A model generated the notes under the pieces. It did not search any database and was not told where the DNA came from. It saw nothing but the letters and a program-made list of their open reading frames with translations. From positions 172,732,001 through 172,796,000 of the forward strand of contig OZ038378.1 in assembly GCA_964036045.1 (NCBI GenBank): a DNA stretch of 64,000 nt. Reading direction: 5' to 3'. This document shows, piece by piece, positions 26,101-38,100 of the stretch (within the stretch, counting starts at the first letter, position 1; every line of letters starts with the position of its first letter). This DNA comes from Eutreptiella sp. 'Long Island Sound 2002'. Its lineage: Eukaryota; Protista; Euglenida. A program made the translations under genes and the position numbers.

Positions 26101-29100
26101 CCAACTACTGGGTGCCACTGACGCGCAAACAGCACATCATGCCACATCCAGCGACAGCCCCGGCACACCAACCACTGGGCTCCGCGAACGTGGAAACGAC
26201 ACCAGCAAGAGCACCGGCCGCAGCGGCCAACAGAAAGAAGCAACCCGACGCAACATGCGAAGGGAAGAATGGGTGACTGTCCAGGGCCCCGTAAAGGAAC
26301 AACAACCAGACGGAATGTCACACGGGGGGTTGGAAAAGGGGCTCCTTGCCCCCCCCCCCCCGACATTTATTTTCCTCCCCACCCACAGATTGTCATGGAC
26401 CCCCTGTACTACATCCACCTGTTGGAGTGGGCAAAGCTGCCCCCCGAAATGGATGTGTCGGGATTGGGCCAGATGACCACGGAGTCCATTGAAGGGATCC
26501 AGAAGTCCCTCAGCGACTCCATCCAAGTGACGCACAACCGCATGCGGCTGCAGTGCGACTTCAGTGCCCCGCACCTGATCATCCCGTCCAACTGCTACGA
26601 GCGTCAGTGCTTCGTGACCTACGTGGACTTCGGCACCGTGGCCCTGGTCACGACGCAGGACAGTCTGGAGGAGCAGGACGTGACCGTGAAGGAGATGAAA
26701 GTTGTGTTGGTGGTATGGATGTGGTCTGGACCTGTTGCTGGCCCTCAAGCAGGGAAACGGGGGCGGGGGCCATCCCAGGGACTTAGAGGAGACGCCAGTA
26801 GTCCTGCCGCCAACGCCATACGGAACACTAGGCCTCCGGGACACGACAACTACCCAAATCTGTGCCAGCCCCCATGTGACGTTGTGCACCGGTGCTCCTC
26901 CCCTTCCCTTCGGCGGAACGTGCAGATACGCCGACACACGAAACTGCCTTGTCTGTCGGTCGGGAAGCCGTGTGCTGAGGGTGTCCGTACAGGAAAGTCT
27001 TAGGCTGGCAACGGGCCGAATGGTGACCCACTGGCCCCTGGCAGCCCTAAGATGAGAACAGGGCCATCGTCCTCGTCTCGGGGCTTATGCATCTGCAGCC
27101 CCTCTATCTTCAGAAGTCTCTTTTGTTGCTGCTGGAATTTGCCCAATCCACTGTGCCTCCCCCCCTGATTCCAGTCCAAAAGGCACCCGTGCATGTTTTC
27201 GTCAATGCGCTGCTCGCCTGTGAGTGCGCGCCTGTTCAGGTGGCGTGTGATCTGCTGGACGCAAACTTGAGCATTGAGCGCATCCCGGATGAGAACCAGA
27301 TGCACCTGCTCTCGGTCTGCGGCGTGCAGGGGCACGTGGCAGTGCGGCAGCAGTCCCAAGGAAGCCATCGCATCACGGTCAACACAGAGGTGCCGACTAT
27401 TGAAGTGCATCTGGCGAGGTCTCCCTGCCTCCGGGTGAGGGTAAGGTGGTGCCGCACTGAGTGAGACAATCAAGGAGTAGGCCCTCACGCTTTCCTCCAG
27501 CCCTGCCCCCCAACACAACCTTTCTCAGGGACAATTTACGAGAAGAGCAGTTTGCTGGGCCATTTTCGGTACACAAACACTTTGGTGTCAGATCCCCCGG
27601 CCCCCATTCCAGAACAAGTCTGCGCACTGCAGCGAGGGCGAGCGTAGCATTTGGTCCTCTGGAACTCCCTGGAACTCCCTGGCCCCGAGTTGCAGGTCCC
27701 GTCTCAGATGTGGTGGAGAGCGCGCCCCACGCTTCGTGGTGTAGGGCTGACTGAATGTAGCATGCCAGCGCTGGTCACCCCCTGGCCCCGTGGAGAGCCC
27801 CTCCCCCCTTTACAGCCCCAGCTGATGGCAGCATATCACACCACCGCTGTGCTGAATGTTGCCTCAAATCTGTTGGGCTTAGTTCCTAAATCGTTCCTTG
27901 TCAGTGGGTAGCTCAGCTTTCTCAGTCCAAATCGTGAGGCTGCCTGCACCTGAGCAGTGCTTAACATTGTGTGCGTATTGCCCGCAGGGTATCCACTTCC
28001 CTTCACCTCGGCCCCGTGGAGCGGCCCCCCCCGAACGCACAACGGTCCTTCCAACACCCACGAGGAATGGTCACCAAATGACGGTCCATGTGCGATAACC
28101 CAAACCTGACCGTTCCACTGCAACTCCATCGTGACCAGCGGTAAATTTTTTCTTTGGCTCCTTTGGCGGCGCGGAATTTTGCGCAAATGCCCCCAAAGTG
28201 GACATTCTTGTTGAACTGGAGCATTTCAGTGAGTTGACCGTGGCCCAGCACTGAAGAAAAATATTTCACTGTCATTCACAAAGCTGCACTCCCCCCTCCC
28301 CCTCTACAAACAATTTCCATTAAAAAAAAGCAGACCATACAAAAGGGTTGGCGGTTGAGACCGGGTGTATCGCATTGTAACTAACCGGCATTGTGGAATA
28401 CCCATGCCCTCGAAGTACTCAAGCCATCAACCCATGTATCACGTGGTTCGTTGAAAGTCTGGATTTGGAAAGGGCGCGTTTCAATGCAAAAGAGTGCTGA
28501 AGTACAGTAGAGCCAGAAGCGTTGGGACAGAGGTATGGCCAAAACGGAAAGGAGACGTGCTTACGAGCTTGTTGCTTGTTTGTTGCTTGCTTGCTAGCCA
28601 GCTAGCTTTCAAGGGGAGAAGGGTGTAGTGATATCTCTCGGGGACATTCAGAATATGCCAGCTTTGTGGGTTTTGGCACTTTTCGGCATTTCCTACAAGT
28701 TTTGCTTCCATGTGCAAACATATCGTCACCTGGGGGGGGGGGTATGTGTATACTTTTTGAAATCTGTAAGAAACGCCATTTCAGAAATGTATGGGTTTTT
28801 GGGGGGGGTGTCACATTTTTCAGCGTAGCACAACACATTGGACGGTGCACACAAATATGGCACTGCACCGTTCATCCATTTTTGTTCAGAATCACTGTCA
28901 TCGTCAGCATCCCTTTTTCAGGCAGGGCTGGGATCCCATTAGGGCAGACATCCCCCTGTTTGTGGACAGGGACATATTTCTTCAATTTTTGCCAATCCTG
29001 CAACCTCCGTGCCTTCACTGGCACCCAACCTTCGTTAAGGGGCATGGCCCACAGGCCATCGGTTGTGAGGTCCGCCGTCAGAATGTCATGCTCCTTGTGG

Positions 29101-32100
29101 GAGCATGCAGGTGGCTGTGAGCGGCAGGTACGGGGCTTTTTTGCCTGGCTACCAGGCTCATGCCGAGTCACCTGCAAGCACTTTACACCCCCAGAGCGAG
29201 CCCTTTTCCGCGTCAACGGCTTTTGTGGGATATCCGGGGAAGCAACGGCCTGTGGCGTGAATTTGTATGAAGACATGGCAGCTGCCTGTGGAAAAAAAGA
29301 GGCAGCAAGCAACACATGCACCATCCGAAACGGACAAAAATCTCAAACATATCGTCAGTACAGCATGCAGACCCAGGTGTTCCAAATAGCCCTTTTCAAG
29401 GGCTTTCCGAATATACCCCACATACCCCTACCTCCGGAACACTCAGTGGGCACAAATGAGGCAACAATGGCACCGACCCCCGAAAACCCACAAAGTTGGC
29501 ATAATCAGCACCGTCCCCGAGAGATATATGAATATGTATGTGGGTGTTTTCTTATGGGGGGAAGGGGGGGGGGGGGTAATTCATCCACGAAACGAAATTG
29601 CTGCTCGGAAATTGCTGCTACTACTGTCTCCATGACCACTGGCGTCATACATTTTTGTAGGGGGTGGAAGCAGCTGTTAAATACGCTGCTGACTAGGAGT
29701 GAAGGGCCTATTGCCTCTCATTTTGGGTGTCTTCCCCCTTTACCCCGGTTCCTCCCCATTTCCCCCCTTGTTTTGCCCCGGTTTCCCAGTGTTTTCCCCA
29801 CGTTTTCCCCATTTCTGCATTTTTCCTTGTGTTTTCTGCTGCACCACTGCCTGGGGGAGTTGCTTTGGCATTGGCAAACGTGGAGGCCTGCACTCCGCTC
29901 ATCAGGTACGCCATCGCGCATTTCTTTGAGACGGTGGACAAGTTCACAGAGCAGAGCTGGTACGTGCGCCTGTCACATCAGGGCCACGCCATTGACGTGT
30001 CGTACCGCTTCCAGAGCGCAGCTGCAGGAGGCCCCTGTGCGGGCCCCATGTGCCCTGCCAAGGCTGTGCTGGAGGAGCAGCGTGTGGCCCTGGTCCTGGA
30101 CGATGGTACGTGCAGAATGCTCGAGCTCACGCACGGGGCTTTTGGTGTATCGGCGGATGCAGAGGCGAGGACCGTAACGCTGACCACCGGACTACCGTTA
30201 TCAGATACCGCACAGGTATCCATCGCTCCCCGTCCAACATGGACCTGCAGCCTCAATGGGGCAGAAGACTGCGTACCTGCACAGTGATACAGAACGTTTT
30301 CCCACTCCTGCCCCCCCCCCCCCCACCCCCCCGGGCATGTAGGTGCTCAAGTGTACACTGAGGGTTACGTACCTCTGTGAACAGGCATTAGGCACTGGAT
30401 TTCCAGGCCGGTGTTCAATCTTCCCGTTATTGCATCCGCCCCCCCCCCCCCCAAGCACACATCTCTTTGCCCCCCCCCCCCCCCTTTCCATGGTAATTTC
30501 GGCCAGCGTCAATCACCAGTTGCCACCGGCCCTCACAGCCTTAGTGACCGGAGCACCGACAGCACCCACGAATCCACCAGATCCCCAGATTCTGCCAGGC
30601 AGTCTACGAAAGCATTCTATCCCACTCTCCATAAACGTCGTGTGCGGAGCTTTGTTAGCCCGGCCATGGCACAAATTATTCATGTTTTTTATTCCTGGCC
30701 ACATTTTGGCCACGCTCTGTCCTGGGCCGGTGGGTGGTTGGAGGAGGCCCTGAAGCTCTGGCAGGCACCATGTGGCACACCTCATCAACACAACGTTTCT
30801 GCCTACCACCAACACCATTGCTCACTGCTGTCGTTGAAGGAGCGGCGTTCAGCACATACAAACAACAGAAGCAGGGATTGACTGGCTAAATGCTGCTGCA
30901 CAATGCATCAGCAGCAGAGATTCCGGCAGCAGTTTCCAGAAGGGCCGAGACTTGCCTTCGTTTTTGTCAGTTGAGGAGAGTCTGGGCGCTTGTCTTGGCA
31001 GTTGGTGGTCAACTGGGGTGAACAGGCAGTTGGCATCTCGAATGTCATGGGACACAACAGACCATTTTTGTTTTCTTGCATAAATACTGCCTTCTCAGGG
31101 GCTACGTGGCGTTTTCTTATTCTTCCACTCTCTGGGAACTCTCTGGCAAGGGTCATGTAGCTTTATGGATTCCTTCCTTCTTTGGGGACGTGGAAACCAT
31201 GGGGGATATGCAGCCTTTTTGATTCCTTCCCGGTTTGTGGACCTCGAGCTGGCAGGGTTTCTGGAGCTTTTGAGATTCATTTCCGCTCTGGGGACCCCAA
31301 GTCCGTACGCACGAGTCATGTAGCCCATTTGATTCCTCCCCTGCCTTGGAGACCCTGAGATTTGTGCAACTGGGACAGACCTTTGGGGGGTAGAGATAAC
31401 GGAGCCGATTCCCTGTGCCCCCATATCCTCTTGTACCCCTTTTGGTGTAATCAAGGGCATGAACAGGCTGAATCCTGGGCATCCCGCTCCACAATGGACC
31501 CTATTCTAGCACCCACTTTGATGGGGAAGTCCTTGTGATGGCTGTTGTGCAGTGTGAAGGATCAGGCCTGCGTAACGGCCAGGGATCCGTGAGTTCTGTG
31601 TTCAATGATCAATGATCACAGAGGACAGAGGGCGTTGGAGAGTAGGGTGGCTTCACCATGAGCACACCCGTACAATACGGTCCCCCCCTGCTTGTGCTTA
31701 AGTAGGCTCAGCCCGTGGCTCCGGGCCCCTTTAGGAACCCTGATTGCATTGCCGGTCCCATTCCCTCGCCCGCAGCCTGCAATCCCCATCTCATCTCCTC
31801 GTGCTTCGTAGGAGCTACACCTCGTGTTTGGCGCCGATGGCTGGGCGCGTGCGGCAGCCACGCTCAGCGCATGGCAGCGGCGGCCGGAGCCAGAATCGCC
31901 AGCTCCCGCGCCCACGGCAGCGGTCGCACCGTCCCAGCTCAACTTTCACATGAAGTGCCGCACGCTGCGGCTGTTCATGTACGAGGGCTACTCCGCGTTC
32001 TGCCGCAGTGACTTCAACGACGTGCTGCTGAACTACGTCTCCGGCGCTCATGGCCAGGACTTCAAATTCCAAATGCAGTCCGCGGCCTTCGCGGACGTCT

Positions 32101-35100
32101 GCCAGCGCCGAGCCGGCCGCCACGGGGGCCCCGCAACATTTGTCGGGAGCCGAGGCACGAGCTCCGTCCAGGTGTCGATGCGGGATGGGGTAGCCCCCAC
32201 GGCGGGAGGCCCCGGTGCCGGGGCACCGCAAATGGAGATCACGTGCGCTTTCGCGGAGTTGCAAGTGGCGCTATGCGACCGGTTGGCAGATGCGCTCGAG
32301 CTGCTGTGGGATCTGAAGAACATGTACAACCACTTCTCCGAGACTCACAGTGATGGGCAGCAGCAGTCGTCAACCATCAATTTTCAGCTGCGGATTTCGA
32401 ATCTCGGAATCAATTTGATGGACGTTGTGCAGGTGCGAGGACATCATGGCACTGTGCACCCTCCTCTCCAAAGGGAATTTACCAAAATATTGTAATTTTC
32501 CTGCGTTTTTTTTTTTTGCATTCATCCCATTTTCCGGTTGGTTTCTCCTGCTCTCGAGCCTCAGAAAATGTGTCAATGTAGCTTTTGGATGACGTGTTCC
32601 TTTCCATTTTCGCCCTTGTCCAGGCCTGAACCTCCCCAAACAACAGATAAACCTGCATCCTAATGGGCTGTCCCCCCTCCCTCTCCCTCACAAAGTGGTG
32701 GAGAGCACCCTCCAAAACCTCATGACTGAAGGTGAAGCCTGCCAGCCCTGGCAGGGTGGTGGGCGTCAAGGCGGCAGCGTTGTTAGCAGCCGGACCATTG
32801 TCATCTGCAAAGCTGCAAACTGCGAACCCCCCTCCCCCCCCACCCCAACACACATACACATACACACAGATCCCCCTCCTCGCGTACACACTTCCCCACA
32901 ACCGCACACAGCCCAGAGGCAGCCTCCACAAAACATGGCTGCGGTGAACACATGCTGCAATGGTGAGCAGTGGGACACACCATCCACTCTCACCCACAAA
33001 ACTATCCTTTTTCATAACATGGCGTCCCTGATTCATATCACATCCACACCGCAGTGCCCCATATGACATCCCATCCTAATGCTGGCAGGCGGGGGGCGAT
33101 CGTTCAAGCCCCCGGAAGGAGAGGGGGGGGGGTCTGGAATAGGGGCTCTCGTCACATGCCAGTCCAAAGAGGCTCGTCTAAACACTAGTGATGACTCACC
33201 ACCCGGGCCGGAAGAAGAATTTTTTTTAAAACAAATTGTTTCTATGATACATACCTCAAAATGATCAGCGCATCGTGGGGATCATTTTGAGCCATGTCAG
33301 TTGTAACTCAGCCCCCCCCCCCCTCCCAACCTCCCCCGTCAGCCCGTCAGGGCCCCGTTACGGGAGCCCTGAAGGGGAAGGGGTCGGGAAAAGGGGCTCG
33401 AACGAACCCCCCCCCCCCCCCCCCGCCCCGCGCGCAAGCTAATTTCCCCCACCCCTTGCTCCTCCACTTCGCCACTACTATGTTGTCTCAAGTCTGTATG
33501 TGGGTGAGCTTTGGGAAAGACACCGCTTCGGAGGGCCTGTGTCATGTACTACAATTGATGTCCACGGTATCTAGTGTCTGGTTGGGGTCAGTTTTTCGGG
33601 CATTGGGGAGGGAGCGGAGGGAGGGGGTGTCCCCACTAAGGCTAAGATAAGTAAGCTCAGATCAGTCTGCCGCCCCAACTTGAATACCGTCAGCCCCCAT
33701 CACCCGAGGCCAATTCTCCCATTGGGGAAAAGTGGCCCCTAGTGTCCCCCTCCGCGGTTACCACGCTGGGGATTTCTGTGGTCTGGGACCTAAATCCAGG
33801 TGGGGGGTTCTCCTGACGGTTGTTTTCAGAACCCGTGTACCATTCCCGGGATGTAGGGAGTAGGGAACCGGGGCTGGAGTCCTCCCTAAAGGACGGACCT
33901 CACCAACCCGCGTGGGCTACCTCACGGGACCCGCACAGCCTCGCCCATTGATAAGGGCAGTGGCAGAAGTTGACAGTGGTGGAATCACACCGGGATTTTC
34001 CAAAAGACGTTTGGGGAACCCCCGATTTCCAACTCGGGAGAGAGTGTCCCCCAGTGCAAACCCACCTCCCTGGTTCCGAATTGGGGGGTCTGAGAAAAGA
34101 AATCGGTAATTTGGGAACTGGCCTGGGCGGAGCATGTGTAGGGGAAGTGGAAGAGTCCACAGGTTGGGGAAATACTCCATGAGCCACCCAGAAGGTGGAA
34201 TTCTATGCAACTCTACAAGAAAATGCCCCCTAGAGCAGGTCCTGGAGAGACTGCCGTCCATGTCACAACACCAATAGTGTGTGGCGGTACGTATTTCATG
34301 ACGTGTTGCTATTTCGCCAACCAAATGCCTTGGAGGGTGTCAGGAGCAGCTCGGAAGGTGGTTGGACAGGGTTGGGAAAACGTTCCAGAGCAGTTGCTGT
34401 CAGTTGCAGTTGCCATTGCAAGGCAGTTGGGGAAAGGAAGAGAGCAGTACAGTGCAATGGAGGTTAGGGGCTGTGGGAATGTGGACCGTGGGAAAGAGGG
34501 AATGCAGGGAATGTGGGGCTGTGGTAATATGGGAATGTGAGGCTGTGGTCACGTGGTCATGTGGGGCTGGTGGTGTGGGAATGTGAGGCTGTGGCCATGT
34601 GGAAATGTGAGCCCGTGGCAATGTGGGAATGTGCATCTTCCCACGTTGCCACAGCCCCACAGCCCCACATGCTGACCCGTCCCAATGGCCCCTGCACCAA
34701 TGCCCTGCCCCTGCCCGCATGCCCGCCCTTAGGACACGCATAAGGAGTTCCTGCAGATCTTGGCCTCCGAAAGTCATTTGTTGGTCCACATGGAGGGGGA
34801 CCACACCCGCCTGTCCGGCACCCTCTGCAAGGCCAGCATGCGGGACCTGTCCCACCCGGACAGCTGCTGGCCCGCCGGCAAGGACTACACGGAGGTCATC
34901 GGCACCACCTCCGACGCGTCCGCGGTGCACTTCCGGTTCGAGACGAACCCGAACACGACGGACGACCGGCCGCTGCCGGATGACCGCGTGTACCCGTTTT
35001 ATGGCATGCATTTGAAGGTCTGCGGACGCGTCGTGAGGGATGCGCGTGCTCGAGATACACGTATTTATGACTGGGCTGCGACGTGCATGAGGTCCGGGGG

Positions 35101-38100
35101 GGGAGGGGGGGGCGGGACGTGCGCAGCGACTACACAGTGCCACCGGGAGGGCGTTTTGGAGTGGCAAATAGCTGGAGGTGATAGTCATAGGGGATTATCA
35201 CGGTTAGGGTTCGGGTCACCGAGCTGGTGGAACCAGTCTTGGTTTTATAACCCTTTTTAGTGTCTAGGGTGGACCTACCAGGTTTAGCAGCAGCAGCAGC
35301 AGCAGCAGCAAGCAGCAAGCAGCAAGCAGCACGCGCGAAATGGGTAAAAATCAGAACTCTGTCCTGGTGCTTCACATTCGGGTGAAATTTTGGTGGATGA
35401 TACCTATGGGTGTGAAGTACAATCACACAAAGTTTGAGCAAGAAACTGAACGGTGGCGGCCGGGAACGGGATTCGCAAGTGGCGGACCTCAGTTTCAAAA
35501 ACTGCAATTTAGGGCCAAAAACAGCCATTTTTGGGCCAAAAAAGCCTTGGAACACATTCAAAACGGCCAAACGAAGGGAAACGGTGGGTACACTCCACGT
35601 GCGGCTTGACTTCCCTGTGTCAACGAGCTCTTTGCGGCCCTCTAACTCCATGATATGTCCAGGAAACGGCCTAAAAAGGCCCCCAGAAGCTCCAAATGCC
35701 GACAGCCACAAACCAAGAATAGGCCATATCTTTGGCTACATGGCTCAAAATGCGATTCCGAGGGCACCTACTCCACCCACAACCCCCCACTTTTTGTGGT
35801 TTCCACCCTTCTGAATTGCCCCAACGGACGCCTAGACCCCAATACCTAGGCCCACTAGGCTGCGGCAAGCTGCAAGCTCCAAACAGGTGGGTGCCCAAAT
35901 GGGTCAACAGGGTCCATCAAGTAGGGGCAAAAAGATGATTTTTCTCAAAAATGATCCTAGACCATGTGCGACGCTAAAACAAGTGTTTTTGGACCGTTTT
36001 AAGCTTGTGGTGGCTCATTTTGGTCCTCCGAAAATCCCAAAATGCCTTGAAAATGGGCTGTTTTGGGACCAAAAATGGGTCAAGAATGGGTCAAAAACGC
36101 ATTTTTCCAAACCTCATCCTAGACCATTTGGGGTGCACAAACAGGTGAAATGAGCCCATTTGGAGCCCATTTTGGGGCATTTTGGCCCCTGAGAAGTCCA
36201 AAAAGCCTTGAAAGTGGGCCTCGTGGTGATGGGGTTCACTTGCAAGGTGATTTCACTTTGTCAAGAGCCATCAATGGGGGAGCCCCAAGCGCAGTGCGCG
36301 CGCAGTGCAACTATTTGGGCGTCTGGCCGTACTAGAGACCCATACTTTGTGATACTAGGGGCCCCTAGGGGCATCATGGTGACCCCTAGCGTAGGTTTTG
36401 ACTTCTGATTTTGTTCCCCTTCTTTTGGGGACCCCCGAGAATGCAGGGATGACGTAGCATATGGAGGGGATCCGGTACGGAGTTGCATGAGTACGTGCGC
36501 GTACTCTTGCATTTGCAGCAATTTTTGATTCGAAGACAGGTACGGTACCCTCCATATGGTCCGTGGGAACACGTACCTGCACATGTATGGACCGCACGAG
36601 TACGTGCGTGTACTCTTGCATTTGGGGATGTTTGTGCCCTTTGTTGCACCAAGTTTGACCCTGAAAAGATGTCCATGTGTGACAAGTGTGAATTGCAATA
36701 TTGTACGGATTGCATAGACACGCACACATGTGACAGTGTGACATTTCTTTGATTCTGCAACTGTGTCATGTTGTGCACACAAGTTGCGTATTCTCAATGT
36801 GTACTTAGTTGACAATGGACCAGAAAGACAGTTGTGTGTTCTTGAGGGTGGCGACCAATGCGCTGTTCATGGCCTTTCCAGATGTGCATGATGTGTGTTA
36901 TGTTCAGGGAAGGTGGTTTGCATCTTTCTTGAGCTGGGGCAGTTTGGGTCACCTAATTCTAAGGGCGTTTCCAAGGGGTGTGCTTGGGGGCTCTTCCGGG
37001 GGAACATAGTCTAAAAGTAGCGCGCAGTGCGCGCGCAGTGCAAAGATTCCCCCAATGTGTGAATCATTCTCGATGTCCCTCACCAGTCATAGCTGATGTT
37101 CCCTCCCCCACCAGCTCGGTCCCAATATTCAGTCTTGATTAGGGTTAGTGCACAGCGCTTAGTGGAGCAGCGGTTGTTTCGCCTACGCAGTGGGGCTGAC
37201 AACAACATGACAGCCCGTCGGGTCTTTTGAGAGGTTCAATCATGTGTGTCTGGCTCTCACCGCTCTCTCTTCTGGAGCCTCCACTCACGCCCCCACCGTG
37301 CGTGGACTACACTGAAACGGCCCTCATGTGAGGACGTGTTCGCTGAAGGTTGTGTCAATAATGTGTTCTACTGCAGGGTAAAGGTAAAGGTAAAGCGCTC
37401 GGGCGATCTCCGAACTCCAGCGTATCAGTGATCCCTACCTGTCCCAAGGCGCAGCACCCTACAGCACACTACATTCATCAATATAGTTGCTACTCCGGAA
37501 CCGTGAATTCGCGGGACACATAGAGAGCCACTGTATCGTACAGTGCATAGAAGTCCCAGTGCGGAGCGTGCCCTCGTTCACACGAGCACACGACACAGGC
37601 GTTTTTGTACCTCGGTCCTGCCTCAGCCGCCTGGCACCGCAAGACATCACAGTACAGCACTTGCAATGTGTACGGGCCACCCTGCCCCAGCGCCCGAGGC
37701 GGCACGCGCACGGACAGATCCGTGGCCCAGAGCAGTGTGGCACCGAGCACCACCGGAAGGCCCAGCCCTGCCCCAGGGAACAGCCTGTGACCAGAGATCA
37801 ACACAGAGAGCAACGCAGTGAAAAGCTGGCTCGACATCTTATCCTGTCCCTGCCAATTGACCACTGGTACTGCTGTGTCGTGTGGTTCGTGTAGTGATGT
37901 CCTGCTTGGCTTGCCGAATGCCCGAGAAGGACACCGTAACGCCGGGACTGCAGTGATTGGTGTCTCATGGCGTGAAGCACGTCCTGCTTGGCTCGCCGAA
38001 TGCCCGAGAAGGACACCGTAACGCCGGGACTGCTGTGATTGGTGGCCTGTGGTGTGGAGCACGTCCAGCTTGGCTCGCCGAATGCCCTAGAAGGACACCG

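Noticed and set aside
28666-30177. 503-aa ORF, the longest in the track
   Set aside because: It runs through repeats and low-complexity DNA and overlaps exon 14 in another frame; no domain signal.
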